A stretch of 64,000 nt of DNA from Raja brachyura (GCA_963514005.1 OY740813.1:20894001-20958000); one strand, 5' to 3'. Shown: positions 24,145 through 37,833, counted from the stretch's first letter. Program-made: numbers and translations. Notes: generated by a model from the sequence alone, not told the origin.

Positions 24145-25781
24145 TGAAATAAATTTTCATTAGGCGAGAAATAGTATTGGGTAGGCTAATGGGACTGAAG
24201 GATGATAAATCCCCGGACCTGATGGACTGCATCCCAGGGTCCTCAGGGAAGTGGCTCAAGAAATCGTGGACGCATTGGTGATCATTTTCCAATGATCAAT
24301 AGATTCAGGAACAGTTACTGTGGATTGGAGGATAGCTAATGCTATCCCACTTTTCAAGAAAGGAGCGAGAGAGAAAACGGGGAATTACAGACCAGTTAGC
24401 CTGACTTCGGTGGCGGGAAAGATGCTGGAGTCAATTATTAAAGAGGTAATAATGGGGCATTTGGATAGCAGTAAAAGGATTAGTCCAAGTCAGCATGGAT
24501 TTATGAAAAGAAAATCATGCTTGACTAATCTTGTGGAATTTTTTGAGGATGTGACAAGCAAAATGGATGAAGGGGTGCCAGTGGATGTAATGTATCTAGA
24601 CTTTCAGAAAGCCTTTGATAAGGTCCCGCACGGGAGACTGGTGACTAAAATTAGAGCACATGGTATTGGGGGTAGGGTGTTGACATGGATAGAAAATTGG
24701 TTGGCAGACAGGAAGCAAAGAGTAGGAGTGAACGGGTCCTTTTCATAGTGGCAGGCAGTGGCGAGTGGTGTGCCACAAGGCTCGGTGTTGGGGCCGCAAC
24801 TGTTTACCATATATATTAATGATTTTGAAGAGGGAATTAGGAGCAACACTAGCAGGTTTGTGGATGACACAAAGTTGGGTGGCAGTGTGAACTGGGAAGA
24901 GGATGTTAGGAGGTTGCAGGGTGACCTGGACAGGCTGAGAGAGTGGGCAGATGCAGTATAATATAGATAAATGTGAGGTTATCCACTTTGGTGGCAAAAA
25001 TAAGAGGGCAGATTATTATCTCAATGGGGTTAGGTTAGGTAAGGGGGAGGTACAGCGAGACCTGGGTGTCCTTGTACACCGGTCACTGAAAGTTGCCGTG
25101 CAGGTACAGCAGGCAGTGAAGAAAGCTAATGGAATGTTGGCCTTCATAACAAGAGGATTTCAGTACAGGAGTAAAGAGGTTCTTCTGCATTTGTATGGGG
25201 CTCTGGTGAGACCACATCTGGTGTATTGCGTACAGTTTTGGTCTCCTAATTTGAGGAAGGACATCCTTGTGATTGAGGCAGTGCAGCGTGGGTTCACGAG
25301 ATTGATCCCTGGGATGGCGGGACTGTCACATGAGGAAAGATTGAAAAGACTAGGCTTGTATTCACTGGAGTTTACAAGGATGAGGGGGGATCTTATAGAA
25401 ACATATACAATTATAAAAGGACTGGACAAGCTAGATGCAGGAAAAATGTTCCCAATGTTGGGCGAGTCCAGAACCAGGGGCCACGGTCTTAGAATAAAGG
25501 GGAGGCCATTTAAGACTGAGGTGAGAAAAAACTTTTTCACCCAGAGAGTTGTGAATTTGTGGAATTCCCTGCCACAGAGGGCAGTGGAGGCCAAATCACT
25601 GGATGGATTTAAGAGAGAGTTAGATAGAGCTCTACGGGCTAGTGAAGTCAAGGGATAAGGGAGAAGGCAGGCACGGGTTATTGACTAGGGACGATCAGCC
25701 ATGATCGCAATGAATGGCAGTGCTGGCTCGAAGGGCCGAATGGCCTCCTCCTGCACCTATTTTCTATGTTTCTATGTTTCT
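24145..25781 (+). mobile_element. 5'-truncated CR1 (HER1-like) LINE with disrupted reverse transcriptase ORF2
   Basis: NYRPVSLTS, YLDFQKAFDKVPH, SGVPQGSVLGP and FVDD motifs. In-frame stops near 24295 and 24748, a frameshift near 24950, and a (tttctatg)n tail. Confidence 0.95.
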
Positions 25782-26045
25782 AAGCTGATGATTATGGGAA
25801 AGCTGTTCCTGAAGCTGGAGGATAGGGACGGTAGCAGTAAGAAGCACAGATCATAGAGCGGAGCTTGGTAAGAAGAGGGCATGGCCCGGGTGGTGGGCAT
25901 GAATGATGACTGAGGCAGTGCCTCATGTAGATGCTGTCGGTGGTGGGGAGGGCTGTGCCCGTGATGGACCGAGCTACTACAGCCTGAATCCAGGAGCGGC
26001 CAGCAGTTTTCCATTCCTCCTGCAGATTCACTTGCTCAAAGGTCA
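25782..26045 (-). mobile_element. Rex1/Babar-type 3' fragment
   Basis: ARSITGTALPTTDSIYMRHCL...FRNSFP peptide on the minus strand. Confidence 0.6.
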
Positions 26046-27437
26046 CCAGGGCTTCAAGTCAGGATTGTAAGCACAACAAGCCCAGTCTAGCGCGAGAAGG
26101 GCAGAAAGGTGGCCGTAGTGTTGCTGCCTCACAGCGTCCCGTGGAATGCGTTCCTTCGGCCGCTTACAACTTGGTGCTCGGGTTCAGAGTGTCCAGTCAC
26201 CTATGGCATGTGTGGGAAAATGACCGCCATCCTCCCGTCTCCACCGGCCAGTGAGGTGACGGACGCGGGGACCTGGACCAATCGCTGACAAGTCCCGCCC
26301 CCACGGCGATGTCATGTCCGTTATTTGACTTTTCTGTTGAGCGGCCATTCAGTCAGTTGGCTTGTAGGCAAACACGGCCTTTCGGTTAGTTGGCGTTTCG
26401 GCTTTGTACGCTTTCGTTTATTTGGCTTCCACTTTTTTGCTTCGGCTTCTCGTCCTTTGACGCCACGTCCGCACACGTTCCCCAATCAGCTGAAGCCGGG
26501 GCCATTGTTCGCGCTCAGTCTGAGATTGGTATGCGTTTGTTGACCAGTGGTGTCCATGGATGTTGGGCCTCAGCTCATCCTCAGAATTGAAAAAAAAAGT
26601 CTCAGGGGCTGAATGGTTAATGCAAATAAATGGCATTAGTTGTCTCAGATATTAGAAGCCTCTGCGTTTGCAATTGATAACCACCAGACTCAGGAATAGT
26701 TTCTTTCCCTCTGCTATGATGCATTAAACTTTAGAGATACAGCATGGAAACAGGCCCATCGACTCACCGAGTCCACGTCGACCAGCGATCACCCCAAACG
26801 CTGGCACTATCGTCCACGCAGCGGTCACAGGGAGAACGTACACTCCATACAGACAGCACCCGTAGTCAGGATCAAACCCGAGTTTCTGGCACTGCAATTC
26901 TACCACTGAATGACCATCCCATAAACTAGGGTCATAAAGATAGATTCACATCTATCCCATAGCGGGCATTGGACTTTATCTATGGATCTGGTGTGCTACA
27001 AAGCTGAGAACCATAACCTGCACTCTGTACCTCACCCATAGCTCTATATATTGTAGTTAAGTTTAACATTAGTGTATTTATGTATAGATATCTGATCTGA
27101 TTGGACAGCATGCAAAACAAAATTTTCACTGTAACCTAACGTTAAACCGTATCTAAATTACTTACATTTGAGTAACTGAGAGGGGTGTTAGAGTTGAAAT
27201 GTTCTTCTCGTGTACCTTGTGATGCGTCCACCCCTTGAAGAGGTTATTGATTGCTGGGGTTGTCTCTGCCTCTCAGCATGGGCTGCTATGATAGAGTCAT
27301 AGGGTCACACAGCACGTTGCTCATTGCCGATCAAGATGGTCCATCATCACCAGTTGGGGCATCCTGGTCTGCCTGTGTTTGGCCCATAATACTGTATCAG
27401 TACACTGTGTGATTTACTGTATCTGTTGCCCACGCAG

Positions 27438-27612
27438 GTCTGGTTTCAAAACTGCAGAGCACGGCACAAAAAGCACACGCCGCAGCACGCCGTGGGTCAG
27501 CCTGGCCCCCCTCGGTCGCGCCTCCCTCCGTCCCTACCCGAGGAGCTCCATTACCAAGCGTTCAGCCATCACGAGCGGACCCGGATGGTAGCACTACATG
27601 GCTACGTGGAGA
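27438..27612 (+). CDS. LHX6: Lhx6 exon: homeodomain recognition helix and C-terminal region
   Basis: cacgcag|GTC...GAGA|gtaagt, 175 bp. Encodes [17 protein letters not shown]...[13 protein letters not shown]. Confidence 0.97.
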
Positions 27613-28258
27613 GTAAGTAGACCTGAGATTGATGAGTTATAGAGTCATAGATAGAATCATAGAGTCTTGCAGGCCCTTCGGCCCATCCTACCCACACCAG
27701 CCAACATGTCCCATCTACACTCGTCCCACCTGCCTGAATTTGGTCCATATCCATCTAAACCTGTCCTATATATTCTTAAATGTTAAATGTTTCTTAAATG
27801 TTGCGATAGTCCCTGCCTCAACTACCTCCTCTGGCAGCTTGTTCAATGGGTATAATCAATAGTTTGTTCTATATACGAACTATGCTCGTTCTATAACTGT
27901 GATGTGATCTTGCGAGTATAATGTCACATTGTTGGTCTCTTCCTGATATCCAAATCTTTTCAAAGTATAAAAGCTTTGCAAACAAATGCAAAGTGACATA
28001 GTGGGCCTGCTGGCTCATAGCGTGAGATACCCAGGTTCGATCCTGACTGTGTGGAGTTTGCATGTTATCTCTGTACCCAGGTGGGTGCTCCGGTTTCCTC
28101 CCACATCCCTAAGACATGCGGATTGGTGGGTGAATGGGCCTCTGTAAATTACCCCCCAGTGTGTAGGTGAGGGGAAAATCTGGGGGGAATGGACGGGAGC
28201 GTGGGCAGAATAAATGGAATGAGTGTAGGATTGGTATAAGTGGGCGGTAAAGGGACTT

Positions 28259-28442
28259 TAAAAAAAAATCAAAATATTTATTCAATTATTAAAAAATAAT
28301 ATTTACACTACAATAAAACAAACCAGAACCCAACACCATAATACAATACAAACAAATATCCTTAATAAACTACTATACAACTATGTTACAATCCTTATTG
28401 AGGATGCATTCAACACCCTGCGCAGCCCAGCGGTCCTGGAAT
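28259..28442 (-). mobile_element. short 3' end of an L1/Tx1-like element inserted in a SINE
   Basis: Minus strand FQDRWAAQGVECIL..., then a T-rich 3'UTR with AATAAA; GGACTT is duplicated on both flanks. Confidence 0.5.
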
Positions 28443-30816
28443 GGACTTGATGGGTGCAGGACCTTCTTCCGTACACTGTGACCCTATGATTCCAAGTGAT
28501 GAATTCAACATACCAGGACCCTACAGGTGGATAAGGTGGTCAGAAGACATCCAGGAGTCTTTGCTGTGTAGGTTGACAGATCAAATGTGGAGCAGGAAGA
28601 TCCTGGTAGAAGATTAGAAGCCAAGGTGTACTGACAGAGCACAAGGTGCCATGTTGGTCACCACAATGCAGGAGGGGCATGGGGCACTGGTGAGCAATGG
28701 GTGGGATTTATGAGAACGGAATATAGAACAGTACAGGACATGAAGGGCCCTTCAGCCCACAATGTCCGCGCTGAACACGATGTCTGTCTGCACATGATCC
28801 ATCTTCCTTCATGTTCCCTGCACATTCATGTACCTATATTGAAGCCTCTTAAATGTCACTCTCATATCTGCCTCCATCACCATCCTTGGCAGTGGGTCCC
28901 AGGCACTCATCACTCTCTGTGTAAAAAAACCTTACCCCGCACATCTCCTTTAGAATTTGTCCTTTTTAAAGCTCTGCCTGCTATTGTTTGGCATTTCCAC
29001 CCTGGGGTAAACGTTCTGACTGTCTACCCTATCTATGCCTCTTATAATTCTATCAGGACTCCCCTCAGCCCCGGTCCATGTAATATAGTTACTCTGTTGT
29101 ATGGAGAAAAAGATGGGGAAGAACCTTTCTCCCAGGGTCGAAATGTCAAAGATTTGAGAACATAGCTTTAAGGTGAGAGGGGCGAAGGAACCTGTGGGGT
29201 GACCTTACAGAAGCTTATTATTGATGATGGGCAGAGATATGGGAAATAGCCGGTCTTTTCACCAGGGTAGGGCAGACAAAACCAAAGATTTAAAGCGGAC
29301 ATACGATACGATACGATGGCACTTTATTGTCAGTCCGAGGTCTGAAATTTTTTTTTGCATACAGCCATACAATAAAATAAAGAACACAGCACACAATAAA
29401 GTCCAACATGAGGGGCACCTTTTCTTACAGGGTTAGTGAATATGTGGGGCGACCTATCGGAGGATATGGTAGAGGCAGGTACAATCACAATGTTCAAAAG
29501 ATTTGGATTTGGACAGATACATGGACAGGAAAGAGATATGGGCCAAATGCAGGCTTAGCGTGGATGGACATCTTGGTTGGCATGGATGAGCTGGGCCGAA
29601 GGGCCTGTTTCCATGCTGTACAGGTGCTTGATGGTCACCACAGCTTCAGTAAGCCATGGGGTGTGTAACTGTGCAGTGCGACTCCCAGACTGGATTATGA
29701 TGTCAATTTTACACGGACTAACACCTAGGATTGGGGGCGACTCCATTTCTGCAGCCCTGACCTGGTTGTGATTAACACCCCCAACAACAGTGTGCTCCAA
29801 CAAGATGCAAGTCTCCAGGCTATGTTTAAACCGATGGTCTATATCCTGTTTATGCTGTTAACTATAAATAGGTGTGTTTCTAATTATCAATTCGCTGTGC
29901 CTTCATTGGATGGAGTAAACTCCACTGCCCCTGTCCTAGACTTGCGGCAACAGATTGTCGAAGCTATTTTACAGTCACTTGTCTATGACTGTCCTGGGCA
30001 CCCCCTTATCTCTAGGTGATTTAGCCAGGTATTAATGTGCTGTTAATGCCATTCCTGCCTTGAAAATAGGCTTAGAGTACCCATGTTGAGTGTTGGCATC
30101 CCTGTTGAAATAGTAAATTTTCACAGCTCATAGCCTGGAGGTCTTAGGCCAGGATCAAAGGAAATGGGAATAGAATTCATCGTGAGAACTATTTCACTAG
30201 CTCATTGGTGTCCGCCCACATTTCTGGCCATGTTTGCCTGAAGTGATGGCCTCGAATATTCCCACTCATATTTAGCTTTAGAAGGAGATCAGGAGGAATT
30301 TCTTTAGTCGGAGGGTGGTGAATCTGTGGATTTCATTGCCACAGAAGGCTGTGGTGGCTAAATCAGTGGATATTTTTAAGGCAGAGGGATAGATTCTTGA
30401 TTAGTACGGGTGTCACGGGTTATGGGGAGAAGGCAGGAGAATGGGGTTAGGAGGGAGAGGTAGACAAGCCATGATTGAATGGTGGAGTAGACTTGATGGG
30501 CCGAATGACCCAATTCTCCTCCTATCGCTGATGAGTATATTTTATTCACAGTCGGATTGAAATCCACTTACTGTGAGGAATTTGAAAAGCTCCAAAAAGG
30601 ATAAAATAACTGCAGATGCTGGAAATCTGGAATAAAAACAGAGATTGCTGGAAATAATCAGCTGGACAGGCAGCACCCGTGGCGAGGGAACTGGAGCTAA
30701 TGCTTTATCACAACTGAGTAAATTCTGTTGTAAATTTGCTGTTATAGTTGGACTTGATTATGAAGTTACTTACTGCTGTGTGGAAATGCATTGGAATGTC
30801 TTTGTTTTCTCCTCAG

Positions 30817-30896
30817 ACCACCCGTTCTCTGTACTGACCGCTCAGTCAATCCCACACCAAGCTTTGGCTTTGCCGCAATTGCCGATTAGCCGGTGA
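30817..30896 (+). CDS. LHX6: Lhx6 terminal coding exon
   Basis: ttttctcctcag|AC, phase 1 matching the previous exon. Encodes (N)HPFSVLTAQSIPHQALALPQLPISR*; compare recalled mouse Lhx6 HPFSVLT...QLPLSR. Confidence 0.92.
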
Positions 30897-33800
30897 ATCC
30901 CTCTGCGGAAAAAAAATCCAGCTTTTGAAGAACAGAAGGCATTCATGGATCGTGTGATGGATCAAGCAGAAATGTAGTTTGTAAATCCCGCCTGTGTACA
31001 TTCTCGGTCATGTTGTTAAGCTCTACGCTGTTCACACAGTCTGGTCCGCAGATCGGATCGAATTCAATTCACTATCCAAGGAAATGCTGGAAATACCCGG
31101 CGGGGCAGGCAGCATCCGTGGAGAGAGCAGACGAGTTGACGTTCTCGGGCGTGGGCCCCTCTCTCAGTCACGGTTTTCAGCAGCTGCACCACTGTGGTCC
31201 TTACAAAGGAACATACTGACTAGTCTGGAGCTGGACCTACTTGCTGCTTGTCGAGAGACTGATGAAGAATCTTCTGCATTACGTGTATTAGAGCTGGGAG
31301 CTGGGTAAAGGAGATGGTTCATCAAATCATCCTTACTGATGCAACACACCCTTAGCAGAAGTGGAAAATACTTTCAGCTTTATTTCACTTCTTTCATTTG
31401 TTCCATTTCCCTTGCAGTGGACAATGCAATATGAAGGAAAGGCCTGCCTGATGACTCACACCTTGCAAAGTTGCTCACAACTTGTCCCCTGCAACATCCT
31501 GCCCCATCTGGAGTTCTCGTCACCCATTCTTTGAGTTGCAGTCCATTGACATCCAGCATGACGTATCTTTCCCTCAGAGCCCGGTTCCACGTCGGAAAAC
31601 ACGCACCGTAATTCTCTCTTTCTCTCTCACTTCATGTCTCGAGCTCTCGGTTCCAATAGAACCCACGAAGAGAAACCCTCTCCTCGGTTTCCCTGTTGCA
31701 CCCACACACACACCCACTGGTAACACCGCGATTTCACTCCTTGCCTGTGAAGGCTTCTCCACGGAGCTGCCTTTGAGCCATGCTGAACCTTATACATTAT
31801 GTTGAGGTGACATTCAAGAGCAGTTTCATGAACTCCATTCAAATCAATGGACCCATGCTCTAACGGGGATAAATAACAGGGTTTGCTAGCTTCCAGAAAT
31901 ATAAAATTGTAAGACTTTCAACTTCATTGAGTCGATGTATTGGTGGTTATAACTTTTTAGTGAACAGCAAGCTTCATCACACAACGCCTACACTTTCAGA
32001 TTGTAGCGAGTGATGTCCTAATGTGTTGGCTGCATTTTAAGGTCAGAGTAAGGAGGCTCTCACTACAGTGGAAGAGACTGAATTGGTGGTTACTCAGACA
32101 GCAGGTCGGAAGCTACCGGCTGTAATTTATTCTGCAATGTTTTATTCATCTGGCACGAATTAGTGTCTGCACAGAGAACAAAAGCCAAAATTAATTGCTT
32201 CCGTCTGTGGACTTCATGGTGAGAGGATGGCGGTGAGGGAGCTCCCTTGTGGGGCAAGGGAAGGGTGAATGGGAAATGGGGCCACTGCTCCAGAGAGGAC
32301 CCTAGAGAGAGTTGGAGGTCTGCACCACTTGTTAGCCAAGGCACCAGCCATTGTGATCCCGGGAGAAATGGATCGCAGGCTCATGGGTGTCGTTTGTGCA
32401 GTGTGGTGGTCTCGCCAAGAGCTATGGTGGGAACCTGATACTTCCCCCAAGGAGATGCAGTCCGAGGATGAGGGAGACCTGCAAAGAAGCTTGCTACAGG
32501 TTGCCCGTACAGGTGAAGGGAAAGCTAACGGTCTTGCGCACATCGGTCCATAGTAACCTCATTATAAACGGTTGCCTGGGTAAGCTCCAATTCCTCATGA
32601 CACCCTTCAACATTATGAGATGAGGCCTTCATTAGAAAGGTGATTTTTCTTTTCGATTCCTTTCTGATTTACCCTGAAACTACAGCACAGTGGCACAGGT
32701 GGTATAGCTGCTACCTCACACCACCAGAGACCCGGGATCAATCCTGACCACAGGTATTGTTGGTGTGGAGTTTGTACGTTCTCCCTGTGACCACATGAAT
32801 TTCCTCCGGGTGCTCTGGTTCCCTCCCAGATCCCAAAGACATGCAGGTTTGTAGGTTAATTGGCCTCTATGAGTTGTTGCCCTTAGGGTGCAGTGATTAG
32901 ATTGGAAAAGTAGGATAAACTAGAACTAGTGTGAATGGGTGATCAATGGTCAGCGTGCACTCGGTGGGCTGAAGGGCCTGTTTCCATGCTGTATTTTTCA
33001 ATCCAATCCATCTACCAATGCTCCACTTCCCTGCCTGATCCTCACATTCCTGGAGATCCAATGAGCCATCAACTGCTAAAAGCAAAGAAGAAAAAAAAAA
33101 GCAAATGATCTGGATTAGAAAGATCTGAAGAAAATGCTGGACGCCTGCATCAGGTCGGGCAGCATTTGTGGAGGCAGGGACAGAATTGACACTTTGGGTC
33201 AATCACCTTCTATCGATGGAACAAACCTGTCCACAGATTCTCTTGTGCATTTCCAATCTTTGCTGCTTCAATATCAATTTAATGGGTAAAAAAAATTGAA
33301 TAAGCACTGAACAGCCACTGCCTGGGTAGAAAGATTCTGTAGACGTGATGCGCAAAAGCAGAGGATTTTTTTGTTAAATGCCCACCGCCCTATCCCTTTG
33401 TTCTAACCACAGGCAATTGCCAGTTTCATTGAGACAATTCCCCCCCCCCCCCCCCCCCCTTACTCTTCCGCATTGCAGGGGCCCAGCTCCAGGTCACTCC
33501 CTTCCTCCACACAAGGGTAATTCCTACAGTCCCAGAGGGGGGGGGGAAAGAAGAAAGAATGGGAGAGCTAAATGGGATCCATCTCGTCAATAGGTGCCAC
33601 AGTGGTGCAGCTGGTAGTGCTGCTGCCTCAGTAGTCCAACAACCCGGATTCCATCCTGACCTCTGGAGTTTGCACATTGCACGAGCTAAAGACTGCAATT
33701 TGCCTCCTGGAATGCAAGCGAGGTGGAATGTGGGATGAATTGACAGGAAAGTGGGGCCAACACAGAATGGATTAGCATAAACTCGGTTGGATGAAGGGCC

Positions 33801-36546
33801 TCTTTCTTTAGACTTTGAAGCTCTTTAAAGATATATTGAAGAAACAGGCCATTCGGCCCACCAGGTCTGCGCTGACCATCGATCACCCCACACACTGGCA
33901 CCATCCTACACACTAGGGACCATTTACAATAGATAATTAACCTTCCAACCATGTCTTTCGAAAGTGGGAGGAAACCGGAGCACCCGGAGAAAACCCATGT
34001 GGTCATAGGGAGAATGTCTACTCTGTACAGACAGCACCCGTAGTGAGGATCGATCCCGGGTCTCTGGCGCTGTAAGGCATCAAGTCTACCGCTGTGCCTC
34101 TGTGTCACCCTAAAAATGTTTGCTCCACCCATTATATGGTGGATTGTTCTCTATAAAGTTTAAGATGTTTTGTGTGAGGATGGGTCCTGACCCGAAACGT
34201 CACCTACCCATGTCGTCCAGAGATGCCTGACCCGCTGTTACCTCAGCATTCTGCACTGCATGACCATCAAGATTCCATAACGCATTAATATCTGATAATG
34301 GCAACAAATGCTAATATTGTTTCGCAGCTGCAAGAATGAGGGATGGAGACCTGTAAACAGCACGAGAGAAATGGCTGGAGGCCACATCAGGATATTTGTG
34401 GCAATTTTTACCCAATTTGTGGGAATATAAATCATTTACAAGGGGTTCTGACTTCAGTTCACCTGAGTAATGAGTCCCATCAGGTTCTAAACGCAACCTG
34501 CTGTGCTAAAGCAGCCACAGCCTGCTGGATCCATCCAAGAACCCTCGAAGTAACATCAACGCTAACCCACAGAGGCAGGAACATTGTCCCCACATGAACG
34601 ATGCAAACTAAAGACCGTAGAAGTATATTTGTATATTACCAAGGAGAAGGGGGTTGTTCTAAGCAAGAAAGGGCTGGAGGAACTCAACGGGTCAGACAGA
34701 ATCAGTGGAGGGAATGGACAGACGTTTTTCTCTTGTGGTAAACACCCTGCAAAGCCCAGAATTAGTCACATTCATCCCGTTTGAGCCTCCACGTTGCAGG
34801 AATCTGATAAACGTCACTGGGGAGGTGCAGAGGTGATTGACAAAGACATTGGCAGAAGTAGAAAGTTGTGAGGAAGGATCAGCGAGGCCAAGGTTGTTTT
34901 CTTCGGAATAGAGGAGGTCAATGGGAGACTTGATCGAGTTGAGATTGAGTTGATGGAGTAATGGAAAGAACCTACTTTCCCCAGCAAAGGAGTAAGAAAC
35001 CAAGGGATATGGATTTGAAGTATTTAGAAGGACTAGAGCGAATGAGGAAAAGTTTTCACCATCAGGGTTGTGGGGAGTGCAGCTCAATGATAGAGGCAGA
35101 AACTCATCATATTTAAGAAGTACCAGGGTGAGTACATAAAGAGCCCTAACCTGCACTGTAGGGACCCAATACTTGAAGGTAGGATTAGACTGGGGACCTC
35201 ATTACAACCAGCACAGATGTGATGTGCCAAATGACCTCCTCCTGTCCTGTAAATCTTTTATGATCTTATAGCTCATTCCCACCTCAGCAAGACACTAATT
35301 AAAAAAATCTCATCCTTGTTTGCAAGTCCCTCCTTGGGTCTATCACTGCAATCCCCTCCTATCCTGATTTGCCGAGATTTCCACAATCACTAAATTCTGG
35401 CCATCACCAAATGTAATAACTCCATCACCGATGGCTGTGCCTTGTCCTAAGCTTCAGAGTTCCGTCTCTAAACCTTTCTCTCCTCCTGGAAGGTGGTTCT
35501 TGGTTCTTTGGTCACCTGAGCTATTGTCTCCTGTGGCTCGTTGTCACATCTGGTTTTGTACCTCTCCTGTGAGGTGCCTTGGGAAGTTTTACCGTATACC
35601 AATTGACATTGGTGTTGTTGGCAAAATAATGTAACATGGATCTGTTGCACGTATGTCAATAGTGTACAGATGGAGCAGGAGAGAAGGACGTGTCTAATTC
35701 CATAAGTAACCTTTTTGGTTAGTGATTAAACTGGAAAGAGACATGATGCAACAGGACATATACTGGGCACAGCAGTAGTGCCCAACCTACTAGTCTACAT
35801 CTCCCAGCACTATTGAGCTTTCCATCTCAGCCACACCCTCCTTTAGGCTGGCACGGTGGCACAGCGGTAGAGCTGCTGCCTAACAGCACCCGAGACCAGG
35901 GTTTGATCCTGACTACCAGTGCTGTCTGTATGGAGTTTGTACGTTCTCCATGTGACCATGTGGGTTTGCCCCGGGTACTCCCACACTCCAAAGACATACA
36001 GGTTTGGAAATCAATTGGTTTTGGTAAAAATTGTAATTTGTCCTAAGTGTGTAGGAGAACGGGGTGATCGCTGGTTGGTTCGGACTCATTGGGCTGAAGG
36101 GCCCGTTTCCGCATGGTATCTCTAAAGTCTAAAGGATATTGTATGGAAGGCACAGTCCTGTTGATCTTTATCATATCGTTTCATATTTCATAATTTAATA
36201 GGAAGATAACATTTGGTTCATGTGTTTCGGTCAGTTCTCAGAGCGATTGCCCACTCTCCCCACACCCTTTTGATTTCACCTCCAACCCTCGCCCCAAACC
36301 CCTCTGTATCTGCAGATCAGCCGGATCATAGAACAGCACAGAAACAGGCCCTTCAGCCCATAATGTCTGTGCCGAACACGATCCCACAATAAACAAATCC
36401 CACATGCCTGCACATGATCCATATTTCTCCATTTCTGTATATCTGAAAAATTCAAATGCCACTATTGTTTCTTCCTCCACAATCACTGCTGGCAGGGTAT
36501 TTTCCAGACACCCACCACAAAACTTGCTCTGCACATCTCCTTTAAA

Positions 36547-36876
36547 AGGCCCTGTCCCACTTTCCCGAGTTACTCACAAACTCTCCCAGGCTTTCCCCTT
36601 GATTCAAACTCGGGGAATGTCGGGTAATGTCGGTAGCGAGTCCTTAGGAGCCCGTAGGAGTCCGTAGATGTTTTGTAGCGGCTCGTAATGCCAGCCGTAG
36701 GAACTCGGGGCATCAGGTAGGTCGGGACGTTTTTTCAACGTTGAAAAATGTCCTCGAGTTAAAAAAAAAAATAGCCCCGAGTACCTACGAATGGCTTTAT
36801 CGTAATTCTCCGAGTTCGAATCAAGGGGAAAACTTAGGAGATTTTGTGAGTAACTCGGGAAAGTGGAACAGGGCCT
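36547..36876. mobile_element. 330-bp MITE, PIF/Harbinger-like termini
   Basis: TIR AGGCCCTGTCCCACTTTCCCGAGTTACTCACAAA / TTTGTGAGTAACTCGGGAAAGTGGAACAGGGCCT, with a 3-bp A/T duplication; it splits the CR1 sequence cctttaaa|ctt. Confidence 0.85.
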
Positions 36877-37827
36877 AAACTTAACCCCCCTCTTACCTTA
36901 AAGCTCTGCTCTCTAGTCTTGGACATTACCACCCTGCAGAAAAAAAGTTCAGAATGTCTACACTATCCATGCCTCGCATAATTTTATTAACTTCTGTCAG
37001 GTCTCCTCTCAACCTCCGGCGCTCCAGAGAAAACAATCCAGGAGTTCGAGGTCTGTTTTTAGCTTTGGTCTTACGGTTACATCTGATGCACTTCAGGTCT
37101 TGGGGTCATCCTGTATTGTAACATAATGGTGACTAAGAGGATGAGGCTGGCTGGCAGGGAGGAAATAACATGAGCTTAATATTAGCCGAGGCCTTTGTCA
37201 GCATTTCACACGTTTTACCTTAAAGGAAATCAGGCTTCATATATCTTACCATTTACAACTCGAGAGGTTCGCAAGGAATTCCAGCAAAGAATGTATCAGC
37301 ACTTAATGCAACATGAACCTTGTGACATTTAATGAATCATTGTACCTCATTTAGACAGGCCTTGGTGTTTGTCATACTACATCCAGTAAAAGCAGAAAGG
37401 TTTACAAGGTTTACAGCAGGAGCATAGAAGCACAAAAAAAGTTTCAATAAAGAAGAAAATTGAGATTGTTTACTTTTTCCAGGCATTTTTTGTGCATCCA
37501 GCTTTATAATCCACAAGGAGGTTTCACTATAGCTCACAGACTATACAGAAGCATAGACATGTCCTGTCATATATGTTCTTGTACATAGATGTTTAAAGCG
37601 TTTTTAATCCAAATTTGTTTGTTTAGCATGTGATGATTTAACATGTCTTGGCTTTCAACAATTACCATTGCAACATGGATGCTACTTTTAAAATGTCAAG
37701 ACACTGTTAATCAAGTATTTATTGTAAAATATAAACCTCTGTAAGCACTTTTAAAATTTTCAGTTTTTGTAACATTTAGACTTTTATTGTTGTGCGTTGT
37801 TAATGTATTATTTGTGAGATTAAACAC

Positions 37828-37833
37828 AATAAA
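37828..37833 (+). terminator. candidate LHX6 polyadenylation signal
   Basis: AATAAA closing a 700-bp repeat-free, AU-rich, 3'UTR-like block. Confidence 0.45.

Noticed and set aside
24320-25658. Active reverse transcriptase gene
   Set aside because: 5'-truncated, with stops and a frameshift; a dead CR1 copy.
3089-30896. LHX8 as alternative identity
   Set aside because: Diagnostic residues, the HPFSVLT tail and the MORN5-NDUFA8 neighbourhood indicate LHX6.
31840-31880. Faint resemblance to the mammalian LHX6 alternative exon (DGPLSNRGEK)
   Set aside because: Contains stops and lies downstream of the terminal exon, the wrong position; likely chance.
32214-32623. Overlapping 63-109 aa ORFs in GC-richer unique sequence
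   Set aside because: No recognisable homology or convincing splice signals; probably UTR or intergenic.
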